Source: Felis catus
Taxonomy: Eukaryota
DNA: 64,000 nucleotides
Direction: 5' to 3'
Assembly: GCF_018350175.1 (NCBI RefSeq)
Contig: NC_058374.1
Coordinates: 117,180,001 to 117,244,000 of the forward strand
In this document: piece after piece, positions 22,877 through 35,404 of the stretch
How the letters are laid out: every line of letters begins with the position of its first letter
Numbering within the stretch: the stretch's first letter is position 1
Translations under genes and position numbers: made by a program
The notes under the pieces: generated by a model
What the model saw: the letters and a program-made list of their open reading frames with translations, nothing else
Database searches by the model: none
Told to the model about the DNA's origin: nothing

Positions 22877-25459
22877 AAGGAGTGTGGTTGTCTGGGTCCC
22901 TGAGAGACACAATTGGCACATGAACAGACTGTAAGTAATGGTTTTACGGAGGTCAAGGGCACCACAAAGTGATGGAGAAGCACCAAGAGATTAACAACAG
23001 CAGGAAACCAGTACCATCCTGAGGCCTGAAGGGCATGGAAGAAAGAAGGGCATCACTGAAGACCGGCAGAACTAGAGCCATGGAGAAGACACCCAAGAAG
23101 AAGCTGAGGCCACATGGGCTGGGCTGTGGGTTGGGCACATCTCCCAAAGGTGTCTGTTAGGTACAGTAAGCTCTGACGGCAAAGAATTCTTTTGTCCCTA
23201 AGAAAAGATTCACAATGAATCCCTCAATCTCTGAGGTCAAATCAGACAATATTAGAGTTAACTTAATGAGGAAGGTTCTCCATTAGACTCCCTTATTTTT
23301 ATGTCTTTCATTCTTGTTCTAGCCTATTCTTTGTCTTGCATATGTAAAAATGCCTTTAGTGATTATGACTTATGCTTCTTATTTCAATACATCCTTTTAG
23401 TGGAAAAAAATATATATATAAATGGATTATAGGGTATAAAAAGAAATGCAGTTATCCATGCATGCAAAAGCTTAGCTCATTGGCCAAAGCTGTAAGCTGA
23501 GTACCTCCGTGCACCTTGGGGCAGTGACCCATATTTCAAGCAAAGTAGCAAGGGGAATATTTCAAGCGTCTCTAGTTTTAATATAGTGCATAGGTAGTGG
23601 CTACCCTGATCTTGCAAGTCATACCTAGAATCAATTGGGGGAATGTGCAAGGGGACGTGGGTACTTTGATCTTTTCATAGTTTCCTTCTTGGTAAATAAA
23701 TTTATATTTCAAGCCGAATCTCATCTTGCAATTTCCTGCCAACTTTAGTTCTCTGTAAAACTTATCTTTTCTTTTTCCACCTCTGCCCCCAGCCAACAAA
23801 CACCTTACCTTTTTAATTGTCTAGATTTAAATACAATGTTTTAGAGAAATGAAGCATGTGATAACAGTTCCTGCAGCCCTTCCCCACAGCATGACATTAA
23901 TTTGGACCTCTGTTTTCACTCAAACTTTGGAATTGCCCCCTGATTTATATTAAATATACCTACATTTGAAGACTTAGAGGTAATCTAAGTGGAAACAGCT
24001 TGATTCTCTAAAGAAAAAATAGTAAAAATCAGAGTAAAATAATTATAAGCAAATTGGAAGAACAGACTCAATTTTGTCACCAATAATTTTTAGAATTTGT
24101 AGAGTGTCATTTGTTATTACTCTCTGTTTCCACATCTCCAGCCAAAACAAGTTCTAAGCACATTTGAATGTATTTTTATAGATGAAGTCAATGAATTTAA
24201 CATGATCATTTTTTAAAACTTTTAAATCCAGATAAATTATGTAGTGAAATCCCATTCATTTGGATTTCGCCCATGTTTGCCATGATTTGGATACGAGTCG
24301 GTTTAAAGTTTACTTTTCCAGTTACTGGGGGAAAGGGTTTACTAGGAAAATAATATAAATATGATTTCAATCTATTTAAGAAGTCAAATGGCTTCCAAGT
24401 ACTTGAAAAAGCTTTGACATTTTCAATTTGCATGTAAGTCATTTACTTTGATAATGACAAATGACTATCAAGGTTCCTGACTTCACTGATATTTACGTTG
24501 GACTTTGTAAGTCTACAAAACGTTTCTGTGAGTCAGAATTTTTGTTCTCACTGTATAGAGACATTCATTCATTTCTTCATTTAATAAATATTTTATGGAG
24601 CACCTCCTATGTGCCAAGCATTGGTCCAGGTGCTAGAAAGAAAATGGTCTGATTAAACTGGGACCTATACACAGGTTATATTCATCCTCTTACCACCCCC
24701 ACCCCCACCGTGACATCCCAGTAGGTATTAAACCTGGAGGGCCCTTTAAGCACAGAGTGTATGTCTTAGCTACCTGACTCTCAGAATGCCCCGTATCTAG
24801 AACTGAGCTTGGCACATAGTAGCTGCTCAATAAATGTTTGTTGAATGAAACACTTCTGACTCCCAGTCCAGTGCTCTTCTGCTATCACACATCTAAGACT
24901 TGTGTTAGGTGCTGGGCTACAAAGTATATCTCAACTAATCCTCCAAATAATGCTAAGAGGTGATAGTATAAGTCTCTTCTAAAGTGTAACTCAGGGGGCT
25001 GAAAGTAACTTGACCAGGGTCACGTATCTGATAAGTGGCAGAATCAGAATTTGGGTGCAGGAGTGTTTAATTCCAATGCCATACTACCCTATACTGCCCC
25101 CAGAGCTGACTTGTAACTATTAGGTAGCTATGTGCTAAAATTCAAGATCCACAAAGGCAGGGATTTTATACTTTGCTTTGTTATTACTGTATTTCCAGAG
25201 CCAAGAATGTACCTGGAACACTTTGCCACCATGTATGCTCTTAAGACATATATATGTAGTATAAATACATTATTTAATTAAAATGATCTGACAGGACATC
25301 CATTTGGTAACATGTTGTTTGACATTTGTTGTGTCACTGACAATCACAGGCACTGTCGGTTGCTATTTCTTCCATCACTCCAGTTGGAATAGCTCTGATT
25401 TTGTGTCCATCTTGCTCAAATATGACTCAAGGAAGAGGCATCCTATTCCTGCTCTAAGC

Positions 25460-25658
25460 CAGGGATTTTCAAGTAAATGTCATTTGGCAGTGTCTGGAGA
25501 CACTCTTGGTTGTCATAATAGGGGGAGGTTGTGCTTCTGACATCTAGTGGGTAAAGCTCAGAGATTCTGCTAAACATTTTGCAGAGCCTAGGATAGCTTC
25601 CTACAATAATGAATCATCAAATCCAAAATGTCAGCGGTGCTGAGGTTGAGAAACCCTG
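25460..25658. mobile_element. MER20 hAT DNA transposon
   Basis: catttggcagtgtctggagacac...ggttgtca...catctagtggg...aaaatgtcagcggtgctgaggttgagaaaccctg. Confidence 0.75.
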
Positions 25659-27044
25659 GTCGAAGCCAATCGCGGCCTTTCCATTTCTCATGCAGTGAGT
25701 GCTTTAGATCCGATCATGTGAAGTAATTCTGGTCAATGAGACATGAGCAGAAATCCATGAGGGGAATGGGGCAGAGAATATCGATTACCTGCCCTTATTC
25801 ATTTTTCCTTTTTAGTAGTAACACCCCTTCAGTGTGAGCTAGGCACATGCCCATCCACAAAACCATACTGCTCAGCCTCCCTTGCTGCAGGGTATGGCCA
25901 TGTGGCTGTTTTGGCCAAGGGGATATGAGAAGAAGTGTTGAGTCTCATTTCCGGATCGTGTGTTTAAAAGGGGATTGCTGTGCTTCACTTTTTCTCCTTT
26001 CCACTTCCCGCAGACTGGGAGGTGATATTGGTGATTCAACTTGAAGACACAGCGTGACTTCAAGAGTAATAAGACAGACTTACTCGTATTGGGATTGGTA
26101 CATGAGAGATAAACACGCTTCTCTCTTATTCAAACCATCATATTTTTGAGACTTTCTGTTTTAGCAGCTTGACTTGTATTCTAATATGGAGTGCTTCTGA
26201 CTAAGCTTTTCCGCTCTGATAAAAGACACACGTGTACCTACACACACGCACACACACACCTGCACACACACAGGAAATGACTCTGTCCAAAAGACGATGT
26301 GGGGTTTGTGCAGAATGTCTGGAACCATGAATGCCATCTTGTTACCATGAGGTAAGGTAGCCAGAGGGACAAAGCTGACCTTCCAAGTGAGAATGGTGTG
26401 GGATGGTTGTAAAAAACCCAAGTCTTTCTAGACATTGTTGAAGCATTAAATTAACTTCGCTTCTGCCCTACCACAAGACTTCTTGTTAAGCAACATAGTA
26501 AATTCTCAATATCATTTAAACTATTTAAACTTTCAAAAAAAATTATAGCCCTGTCCTAATTAATTCCCTTTATGTACTCAAGCATAAAGATATTACATGT
26601 CATTTTAAGTACTCAGATGTTTTTTGGTTAACTTCTATTGCCTTCTTCCTTATTTTCTATCCGCTCTCAAGTTAATCTGAATCTGTGAGATTTCTTTGCT
26701 GGAGGTGAATATGTTGGAGAAACATACACTACCAGTCAGTCCCTTGAGGAAACGAGGATACGGAGAGCATTGCCCCTGAAAATGCTTCCTGGTTGGAAAC
26801 TAGAAGAGCCACTTTGAGCAGGTAGAATGAAATCGAATAAGAGACTCAGCTTCCAAGCAGTCAAGAGTAGGACTGCCACGGGGAATCGTGTAGACTGTGA
26901 GCTGCAGCAGGCAGGATTGGGGTGGGGTGGGGTGTCTTAGGGAATGCCGGTTCCATGTCAACGGTGCCCCCTAGTGTTCTGTAGTGCACGACCTGTGTAA
27001 CTACCCTAGGTCACCCCACATTAGAGGGTGCCCATGTCCAGTAT

Positions 27045-27256
27045 TTTTTTTAATTTTTAAAAAAGTTTTTATTTATTTATTTTGGGAGAGCACAGGTGGG
27101 GGAGGGGCAGGGAGAGAGGGAGAGAGATCCCAAGCAGGCTCCACACTGTCAGCACAGAGCCCAACGTGGGGCTCGAACTCACTAACCGTGAGATCATGAC
27201 CTGAGCTGAAATCAAGAGTTGGATGCTTAGCTGACTGAGCCACCCAGGCGTCCCCC
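27045..27256 (-). mobile_element. Can-SINE
   Basis: TSD tgtccagtatttt. Confidence 0.93.
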
Positions 27257-27799
27257 GTGTCCAGTATTTTAAACTAATTACATCCATCTATTTTGCTGCC
27301 ACTAAAGCCTCACTCGTAACCCTTCCGTAGTTATGCTGCCTGGAGACTCCCTTGAAGCCATTAAGCTCATGCTAACAGGCTTGCAATGTAGGCAAACTCC
27401 TTAGGTGATCTTGAAATGACAGCAAAGGCTGTTCCCCGGAGGCAATGACAAATCCTCTTTGCTTTCCTCTTGGCAGGTGATTTAGAGAAGGGCCTTTGCT
27501 CTCTCCCTAAGCGCTCTGCTCTTCACATCTGCGTACCCACCACTGAAGGGCCAGTGGGAAGATGAATTTCCATTCACTTCCTAACAGCAGCTGGCTCCTC
27601 CTTTTGGACTCATCTTGAATTGTTTGCCAGACCAGCCAATTAGTCTCTTCACCCTTCCTGAAGCTTCCCAGGGAAGCAATTCCACAACCAGCAACTCCCT
27701 CATTATCCCACTTCTTCTAAGCACTGTGATTCTAAGTGTCCACCATGAGAAAGAAGCTGATTTGCACAGATTCTTTAACCCTTCCTTGAAAGACTTCAA

Positions 27800-27831
<32 letters not shown>

Positions 27832-27842
27832 TGTCTCTCTTT

Positions 27843-27878
<36 letters not shown>
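27800..27878. repeat. Compound (CT)n-(CA)n microsatellite
   Basis: Direct inspection. Confidence 0.95.
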
Positions 27879-27879
<1 letters not shown>

Positions 27880-28144
27880 CATCTATACCCTGATCCGAGG
27901 TAGGAAAACAAGGTAAGACTATGCAGCATTCAAGAGTACATTTGAAAGTGAGACTTAATTTCAGTTGGAATGTAGTTTTGAGAAGTCACATTTCTGCTTA
28001 AATACAGTGTGGAAGGCAACACATAGGGACTATATTTCTTGATCTGCACTACTGGGCACAATAAAGAGTTTTTCCTAATTTATGGATGTTAGTATGAAAG
28101 AAATTGTATAAGGGCATAAAATCAACTTGTTATATACATTGAAA

Positions 28145-28355
28145 ATTTTGTGAATGTTTATTTGTTTTTGAGAGAGAGAGAGAGCACGAGCGAGGGAGGG
28201 ACAGAGAGAGAGGGAGACACAGAATCCAAAGTAGGCTCCAGACTCTTTGCTGTCAGCACAGAGCTCGACGTGGGGCTTGAGCTCAGGAACTAAACTGTGG
28301 GATCATGACCTGAGTCGAAGTTGGATGCTAGCCGAGCGAGCCACCCAGGCGCCCC
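28145..28355 (-). mobile_element. Can-SINE
   Basis: TSD tcaacttgttata. Confidence 0.93.
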
Positions 28356-29929
28356 TCAACTTGTTATACGTTTAATAAATTATTAGAAATAAGTGGCCCA
28401 ATTCAATTGAGCTCTCTATTCTCAATTTACTACTAAATTCTCCTTTAGTTCTTAATTTCAAAGTATAATTACATCTCTCATTCCCCAAACCCAGGATGAA
28501 TGATTGGTTACCTTGCAGAGTGGGCCAGAGATTCTCCTGGTTCAGTTATCTAGGGCATCTATTTGAATATTGTTACTTCTCTGATACCTGAGCAAAGTGT
28601 CCATAGGTTGTACAGAGTGGGCAACTGTTTCAACTCCACGGACACAGGGGCAAGGGGACGGGGTAAAGATATTTGTAGGGCAAGCTCTGTGCACACAAGG
28701 GTGGGAGTATTCTGTTCCTCCACTTCTCTGCTGTCATTATTGCAACTTCTTTGGGTCCTGTAATTACCTCAGATGGGAGAGGAGGGGGTTTGAATTCCTC
28801 TTGGTGGCTGGGGTGGTGGTTAAGGCCTGGACATAGGGTGAACCACACTGAGGACAACCCCCACCCTGAGACGAGCTCATTTTCGTGTCAATAATCACAG
28901 GATTGTTGTACTTCAGTGAGTGAATATCAGTGAGGCACTCAGAACGGTGCCTGGTACACAGAATGCGACACCTAACACCTAAGAATGCAACACCGTTCCC
29001 TTGCGTTCGTTCCTCTCCTCCAGTGCCTTATGCAAACATGCACTCGACAGGTGTTTGCTGAGTGGATGGACTTCCCACTCTGTGCACCCTGGTGGCTTGA
29101 ACTGTCTCAGAAGATCTCCCTTTTGGGAGATCGGTTGGTTCTTTTTCTTGCCTCCCTTAACAAAAGGGGCATTTGCTCAATACCTGAGCTAAATCTTGAA
29201 CAAAGGGCTCCCCTTGCAGCTCTGTTCAAAGCGAGGAAGCTTCTGACTTTGCAGTAAGCTGGGGACCCCTGTTGGCAGCAAAAGAATAAAGGAAACTGGA
29301 AGCATCTGGATAATAAAACTGCCGCAAGTCACTGCAGGAAGTAGCAGCTGGCTCCAAAAATGCCATTGCACCAGATTTTATATATAATAGGGAGGGCTGG
29401 TCCCTCTGGAGAGGAGACAGTCAAGGGTTCCTTCAAGAAGGAACCAACTTCTGTAAATCAGGAAACGTCAAAGTACTGACGGTCCAAGGGAAGGCCCGGC
29501 ACCTCCCCAAAGTGAGTCATTTACTCCCGCGGAACCCGGAAAGTCAGGCCCATTTCTACACCTTTGTGGTGCCCCTTCCCTTACTCTATCCCCCAAGAAT
29601 GTGGTCCGTGAGCAGATTTATACCTTTCACACCCTTTCTTGCCGGAAGGCTCCCTTCCCATTGTTTCACAGCTGGCAACTTCTCCAAACTCTCCCTGGGA
29701 AGCCCTGCCCTGCATCACACCCTCTCCTGTCAACCACAGCCTCACTTGCTCTCACACCTGTCTTTCTGGGGCCCTTTAACTGTGAAATCTTCCATTTTAC
29801 AAACCAATTAAAGGTGTGTGATTAGGCTCCTAACAGCCGTGCTGTGCTGCCTCCTTTTCTCTCATTCCCTTACTCCAGCCTCGCAGCGGGAAGCACTCTG
29901 TTTTTCGAAGAAACCAGAAGTAAGTCGCT

Positions 29930-30095
29930 GGAGATTCCTTAATGGGGACGGGGTTTTCTTTTGGGGTGATGAAAATGTTTTGGGACCGGATGGAGGTGGG
30001 CGGTTGCACAGTATTGTGAAGGTACTAAATGTTGTGGAGTCATACACTTTAAAGTGGTTAATGTTATGTGAATTTCACCTCGGTACAAAACTTAA
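29930..30095 (+). mobile_element. Old L1 3' end fragment
   Basis: ttttggggtgatgaaaatgttttg...ggttgcacagtattgtgaa...tacactttaaa...tgtgaatttcacctc. Confidence 0.7.
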
Positions 30096-30589
30096 ATTAC
30101 TTTTCCGGCCAAGTAATGGTTCAGATTCTCGGGTAACCAGGGTTAGGGAAATACTGTACATGGAGGAATGAGGAGAGACACCCAAGGGCTTGCCTTCCTC
30201 ACAGCCAGAGGCCAAGAGGGCAAAGAAAAAAAGAGAAAACAAGCCCAGGTGCCCCAGGGCGTGGGCTGAGGCAGTTCCTTGCCAAGGCCTCAGCCAGCCA
30301 TTGAGATAAAGCTAAAACACCTGAAGGTTTAACTTTTCTACAAGGGCAACAACATTTCTTTTTCTGTGACAGTCCCTTTGGCTGCGTTGGTGATAACTGG
30401 CCATTCAGTTCTCTGCATGAAGTTGTTCATCCCATAAGCAAACACTGCTGGAGTCTGACAACAGCCTCTAAGCTGGTTAATTTTAGCCTCTAAAGGCTAA
30501 TTATCAAATTTTTAAAAAGCCAGCATTCACAGAGTTTCCTTTCACTTCCGCCTTTCGTAGAAGCTTCTGGAGGCATCCTGCACCTGGGT

Positions 30590-30780
30590 TAGGGTTTTCA
30601 GAGAAAATAAGGGTGCCCTGTTCAATTTGAATTTCAGATAAAGGACAAATACTTTTTTAAGTGTAAGTATATCCCATGTGATATTTGGGCCATACTTATA
30701 TTGAAAACGTGTTCGTTGCCTGTTTGTAATTCAAATTTACTGGGATGTCCTATATTTTTATTTGTTACATCTGGCAACCT
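30590..30780. mobile_element. MER53 palindromic hAT MITE
   Basis: tagggtt...aatttgaatttcagataa...taagtatatccca / tgggccatactta...aattcaaattt...ctggcaacct; inverted symmetry. Confidence 0.8.
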
Positions 30781-31174
30781 CTGAAGGACTCTCTGAAATT
30801 CTGACTGATAGGGTTGTAGGCTATGCTCAGACCGGGAGTTCAGAGCAGGGACGGTCTCCTCTGGGGCTTGTACTATGTCATCAGCCTCCCTCACCAAACC
30901 CCACCTCCACTCCATGAATATTCAGTCTCCCAAATGATTGTCTGGCTTCAAAGACCACAAGCCTCAAATTTGTAACAAATGCCAGGCCTGGTGGCAGTAG
31001 TAGCCCCTGTGATGTACATCAGGTGGGCAACAGCCTGCAGCATTGAAGCTTCCAAATGCAAACAAGCTGTGATCAGGCAGCGTGTAGAAGGGGCCAACCA
31101 AATCCCACAGCAACCTAGCTCCTGAAGAACATTCTGTGCTGGCAAGACCCACTTCTGGTAGAAAATTTCCTAGA

Positions 31175-31353
31175 GGGGCGCCTGGGTGGCTTAGTGGGTT
31201 AAGCGTCTGACTCTTAGTCTTGGCTCAGGTCATTATCTCACTGTCCCTGAGTTTGCGTCCTGCATCGGGCTCTGCACTGACAGCGTGGAACCCGCTTGGG
31301 ATTTAGCCTCTCCTTCTCTCTGCCCCTCCTCCACTGGGTGCATGTGCGTGCAT

Positions 31354-31392
<39 letters not shown>

Positions 31393-31425
31393 ATAAATAA
31401 ATACACTTAAAAAAAAATAAAAAAG
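31175..31425 (+). mobile_element. Can-SINE
   Basis: Full body with long (CT)n. Confidence 0.93.
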
Positions 31426-31639
31426 AAAAGATCCAGGAGAGTTGCTAGAAGCTGGCCATTCTGGACTTTGACATTCTTCTCCTGCTTTTGTTCTCCTGAG
31501 TTATTCTTAGGCCACTGAAGTCTATGTGAGAAAGAAGTCTAATCACAGTGGGAAAGTGGTTTGACAAACAATTAGGAACTCAACACAGCTTGATTATGCT
31601 ACCCTGGCTGTGGGCTGGATGACCATTATTTAAAAAATA

Positions 31640-31659
31640 TATTTTTGATGTTTACTTAT

Positions 31660-31696
<37 letters not shown>

Positions 31697-31866
31697 AAGC
31701 GAGTGCAGGGGAGGGGCAGAGAGAGAGGGAGACACAGAATCCGAAGCAGGCTCCAGCCTCTGAGCTGTCAGCAGAGAGCCCGATGTGGGGCTTGAACCCA
31801 TGAACTGTGAGATCATGACCTGAGCCGAAGTTGGACGCTTAACCAACTGAGACACTCAGGTGGCCC
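31640..31866 (-). mobile_element. Can-SINE
   Basis: Full body with long (GA)n. Confidence 0.93.
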
Positions 31867-33621
31867 TGGACCACTATTAATGCCCACTTGCTTCAGCTAA
31901 GATCTAGAATCACGTACAGGGCAATAGAAGGAGAAGAACTCTTTGTCAATATCTAACCCCTGGAAACAATTGACAGGGCTGGTAGTAAACAGCACCCTCC
32001 CACCTCATCAAGCCCATCATCCAGCCCCTTTCCTCCATTTGCTTGAAGATTGAAGGGGGAGAAAGGCTTGACCCTCAGGATGGAACTCACCCCAGTGTCC
32101 GTCTTACCCTGCAAAGTTCAAACAAATCTGCTAGAGGCCGAGGTGGCGATCTTGTCATGTGTGTCTCCCTCAATGGAGGCAGTCTGCCAGACCCCCAGAA
32201 ACACACAATGCTTTGGCTCCCACTCAAAAAACACCAACATTCATTGCCGACAATGTCCCCACCTACCACCAGTCCCTACCCACCCCTTCCTGGAAAATGT
32301 GATGGAGGAGGGGTAATGGGTCAACTCCAACACCACCTGGCCCTCAGCAGTAGACCTGGACGCCGGCCCGGAAGCAGCCCTGGCCCGGTGCACAGACAGT
32401 TCCTTGGGGACGTGCACGGTGTGGCACATCCTTATTCTCACAGCTTCAGCTTCCTGTGGGCTGTGGAATCACCTTTGTTGGTTTGGGTCTCTCTGACCTT
32501 GGATGATATGGGAAAGAGGCCAGTGGGTGAAATTGGGAGGCTGAGCTGTGATATGTCACAATCCGGCTTAGGGTGGGACACTTTGTCCCCAAAGAGGGAG
32601 GGTGACTTCCTACCACACCCAGCCACAGCACAGCCTTTCCCGGGACAACAGGCCCTCCCCTTCTCCCCATCTAACTCTAAAAATATATGCCACGTACGAT
32701 GGCCCAGTTGCCTTCGGAGGTAATCCAAACCTGGCCAAGAAGCTAACACTCAATTCTTTGTCTACTGCTTCAGGAAGTCTTAACTCCCTTTAGGATAGCT
32801 GGGTTTTGGAGACTTTCTGGGGGGTGAGTGGAAAGTATAAAAGCATACTTTCAGAGGTTTGCTCACTAAACAGTGTTTTGCTGAAAACTCACAATGATTC
32901 CAGCGGCAACTGACTGAAATCGTACCCTCAAATCGATGTTCGCTAATCCAGAAATCTTGTAAATATGATATGTTTCTCTCAAACATTTCAAACTGGAAGT
33001 GACTCTATCACATTTGCCTGGTCAGACAAAACACCCGGCGGCCTCAGCCAGCTCCCAAAGGGAGACGAAAGGGAGACGACGGTAAGTGAAATTTGGCTCA
33101 CTCAACACGGTCTTGAAAAGACTAAGCAAAACAATCACTAAAATAGTCGGGGAACCTGATGATAGGACAGATCTTCCTTCTTTCGTAGACTCAGTGGAGT
33201 AACTGAATTTCCTATGCACACAACCTGTTGGGGCCATTCAGATTACTGAAGTGAATGAAACGAGAGAGATTTTATTTCGTCTCAAGTTTTCTCTAGCTGT
33301 CCTTTTTGGAGGGTCTTTTATGTGTCCCTCGTCAAATTTCTCCTCAGCCTGGGGCTCCCTATTTGTCATTCCATGCCCAGGAATGCTCCCAGCTTGAAAA
33401 TTCTTCAGGCCTCACTTTAAGTTTCTCCTCCCCAGAGAAACTTTTCCTGACTCCCTCCTTCTTTCCTGACTATCTCCTCCTGACTACTACCTTAGCTTAG
33501 GTTTTCTTGTTATAATGTCTTCCCGGTTCTTGTTACCATTAGAGCATTTACCACAAATGGCATTTTCATGTTGAGTTATGGCTCCTTCCTAAGCTATAAA
33601 CTCTATAAATGCAGTGTTTTA

Positions 33622-33843
33622 GGGGCGCCCACGTGGCTCAGTTCGTTAAGCAACCAACTCTTGGTTTCGGCTCGGGTCATGATCTCACGGTTCGAGAGTT
33701 CAAGCCCCACGCAGGCTCCCCACTATTAGTGCAGATACTCTCTTTCTCCCTCTTTCCCTGCCCTTCCTCTGCTTGCGTGCATGATCTCTCTCTCTCTCTC
33801 TCAAAATAAACAAACTAAAAAAGAAAAACCCAAAACACAAAAA
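33622..33843 (+). mobile_element. Can-SINE
   Basis: SINE body; short TSD cagtgtt. Confidence 0.9.
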
Positions 33844-33847
33844 CAGT

Positions 33848-34295
33848 GTTGTAGGTTGAATTGTGTCCCCTCAAAAAGATACGTTGAAGTTGTAAACTTC
33901 TGGTGCCTCAGAATATAACCTTATTTGGAAATAGGGTTGTTATTGGTATGATTAGTTAAAAAGAGGCCATACTGGAGTAGGGTGGGTCACTGCCCCAAGA
34001 TGGCTGGTGTCTTTTTATATAAAAAGAAGAGACACAGAAACAGAGGCACACAGGGAGAATGCCATGCGAGGATGGAGGCAGAGATCAGGGTCCAGCTGCA
34101 AGCCGAGTGCCGGCATATCACCAGAAGTTAGGAAAAGGCAAGGAAGGATTCTCCCCTATGGTTTCTGAGCACGTGTGGCCCTACCAACACTGTGATTTCA
34201 GACTTAAAGGCTCTAGAACTGTGAGAGAAAAAAATGTTTGTTGTAAGCCACACCATGTGTGCAGTGCTTTGTTACAGAGCCCTAGGAAGCTAACA
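33848..34295. mobile_element. MLT1B/C-like MaLR solo LTR
   Basis: tgtaggttgaattgtgtcccctcaaaaagatacgttgaag...ccttatttggaaataggg...tagaactgtgagagaa...gccctaggaagctaaca. Confidence 0.8.
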
Positions 34296-34509
34296 GAAGC
34301 AGGGATGTTACCTATTTTGCTTCTTGCTCTATCCTCAGCATCTAACTCCGTGCCAGCATAGAGTAGATGCTTAATGAAGATTTGCTGAGTGAACAAACAG
34401 CAGCCTTGAAGATTCGCCTTTTTTAAAAAAAGAATTTCAGTCTGGTTGCTGACTGGGCTTGAGGTCAATTAACATGATCTTGTTTTACACTCCTTTGAAG
34501 GATGATACC

Positions 34510-34723
34510 TTTTTTTTCTTTAAGTTTATTTATTTATTTTGAGAGAGAGAGAGAGAGAGAGAGCGCGCAAGCGGGGAGGGGCAGAGAGAGACGGGGACAG
34601 AGGATCACAAGAGGGCTCCGCGCTGACAGCAGAGAGCCCGCCTGACGCTCGAACCCACGAACCACGAGATCATGACCTGAGCTGAAGTCAGATGCTTAAC
34701 TGACTGAGCCACCTAGGCGCCCC
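34510..34723 (-). mobile_element. Can-SINE
   Basis: Degenerate TSD aggatgatacctttt / aggatggtatctttt. Confidence 0.92.
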
Positions 34724-35294
34724 AGGATGGTATCTTTTTAAATACAACAATACTGTAACAAGCGAAAGAAGGAACCGACAAAATATTCTTTGCTACCTTT
34801 CCCCTGATAGCTCTCCACAGGAAAAGCAGTGAAGTGCTTGAAGGATTCTGGCTAAAATTTAGAACTTTACCTGGAGGTTACTACGCGTTAAACCTGGGCT
34901 TCGTAAGGAAGTGCATAGTGGCTGAGTCTGTTAGCAACACTTATTAGGAAGGATCCCGGACAAGCCCCAGTTAGGTGTTAGGGGTTGGGGTGGTATAAAG
35001 AAAGGGAATACATCCTCAAGGCCTCATAAGGCTCAGTGGTGTGTAGGTGGATAGGATTCACACAGAAATGACAACTAACCTTTCTTGAGGGAATCAGCAA
35101 AGTGTTTACAGAGGAGGTGACTTTTGAACTGGTACCTGGTTGGGGCTCAGTGTATCTCACCCTGAGCATAGCGATTTCAGGAGCACCATAAGGGTGGAAA
35201 ACAAATCATAGGAAGTTAAGAAAGTGTTTAGTAAGGTTAAATTATACTTCCAGGCAGTTTGGCTTGAAAGGAAGAAGAGGGAGGGAGGGAGGGA

Positions 35295-35296
<2 letters not shown>

Positions 35297-35335
<39 letters not shown>
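35297..35335. repeat. (GA)n microsatellite
   Basis: Direct inspection. Confidence 0.95.
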
Positions 35336-35338
<3 letters not shown>

Positions 35339-35404
35339 AAGACTTTTTTCAGTCTTCCCATCTCAATTATTAGCATCTGGCCAGCTGCTCAGACCAAAAC
35401 CCTA

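Noticed and set aside
32043-32723. Longest gap-free ORF (226 aa)
   Set aside because: Starts at TTG, has no recognisable homology or exon structure, and is plausible by chance in GC-richer DNA. BLASTP or PhyloCSF would settle it.
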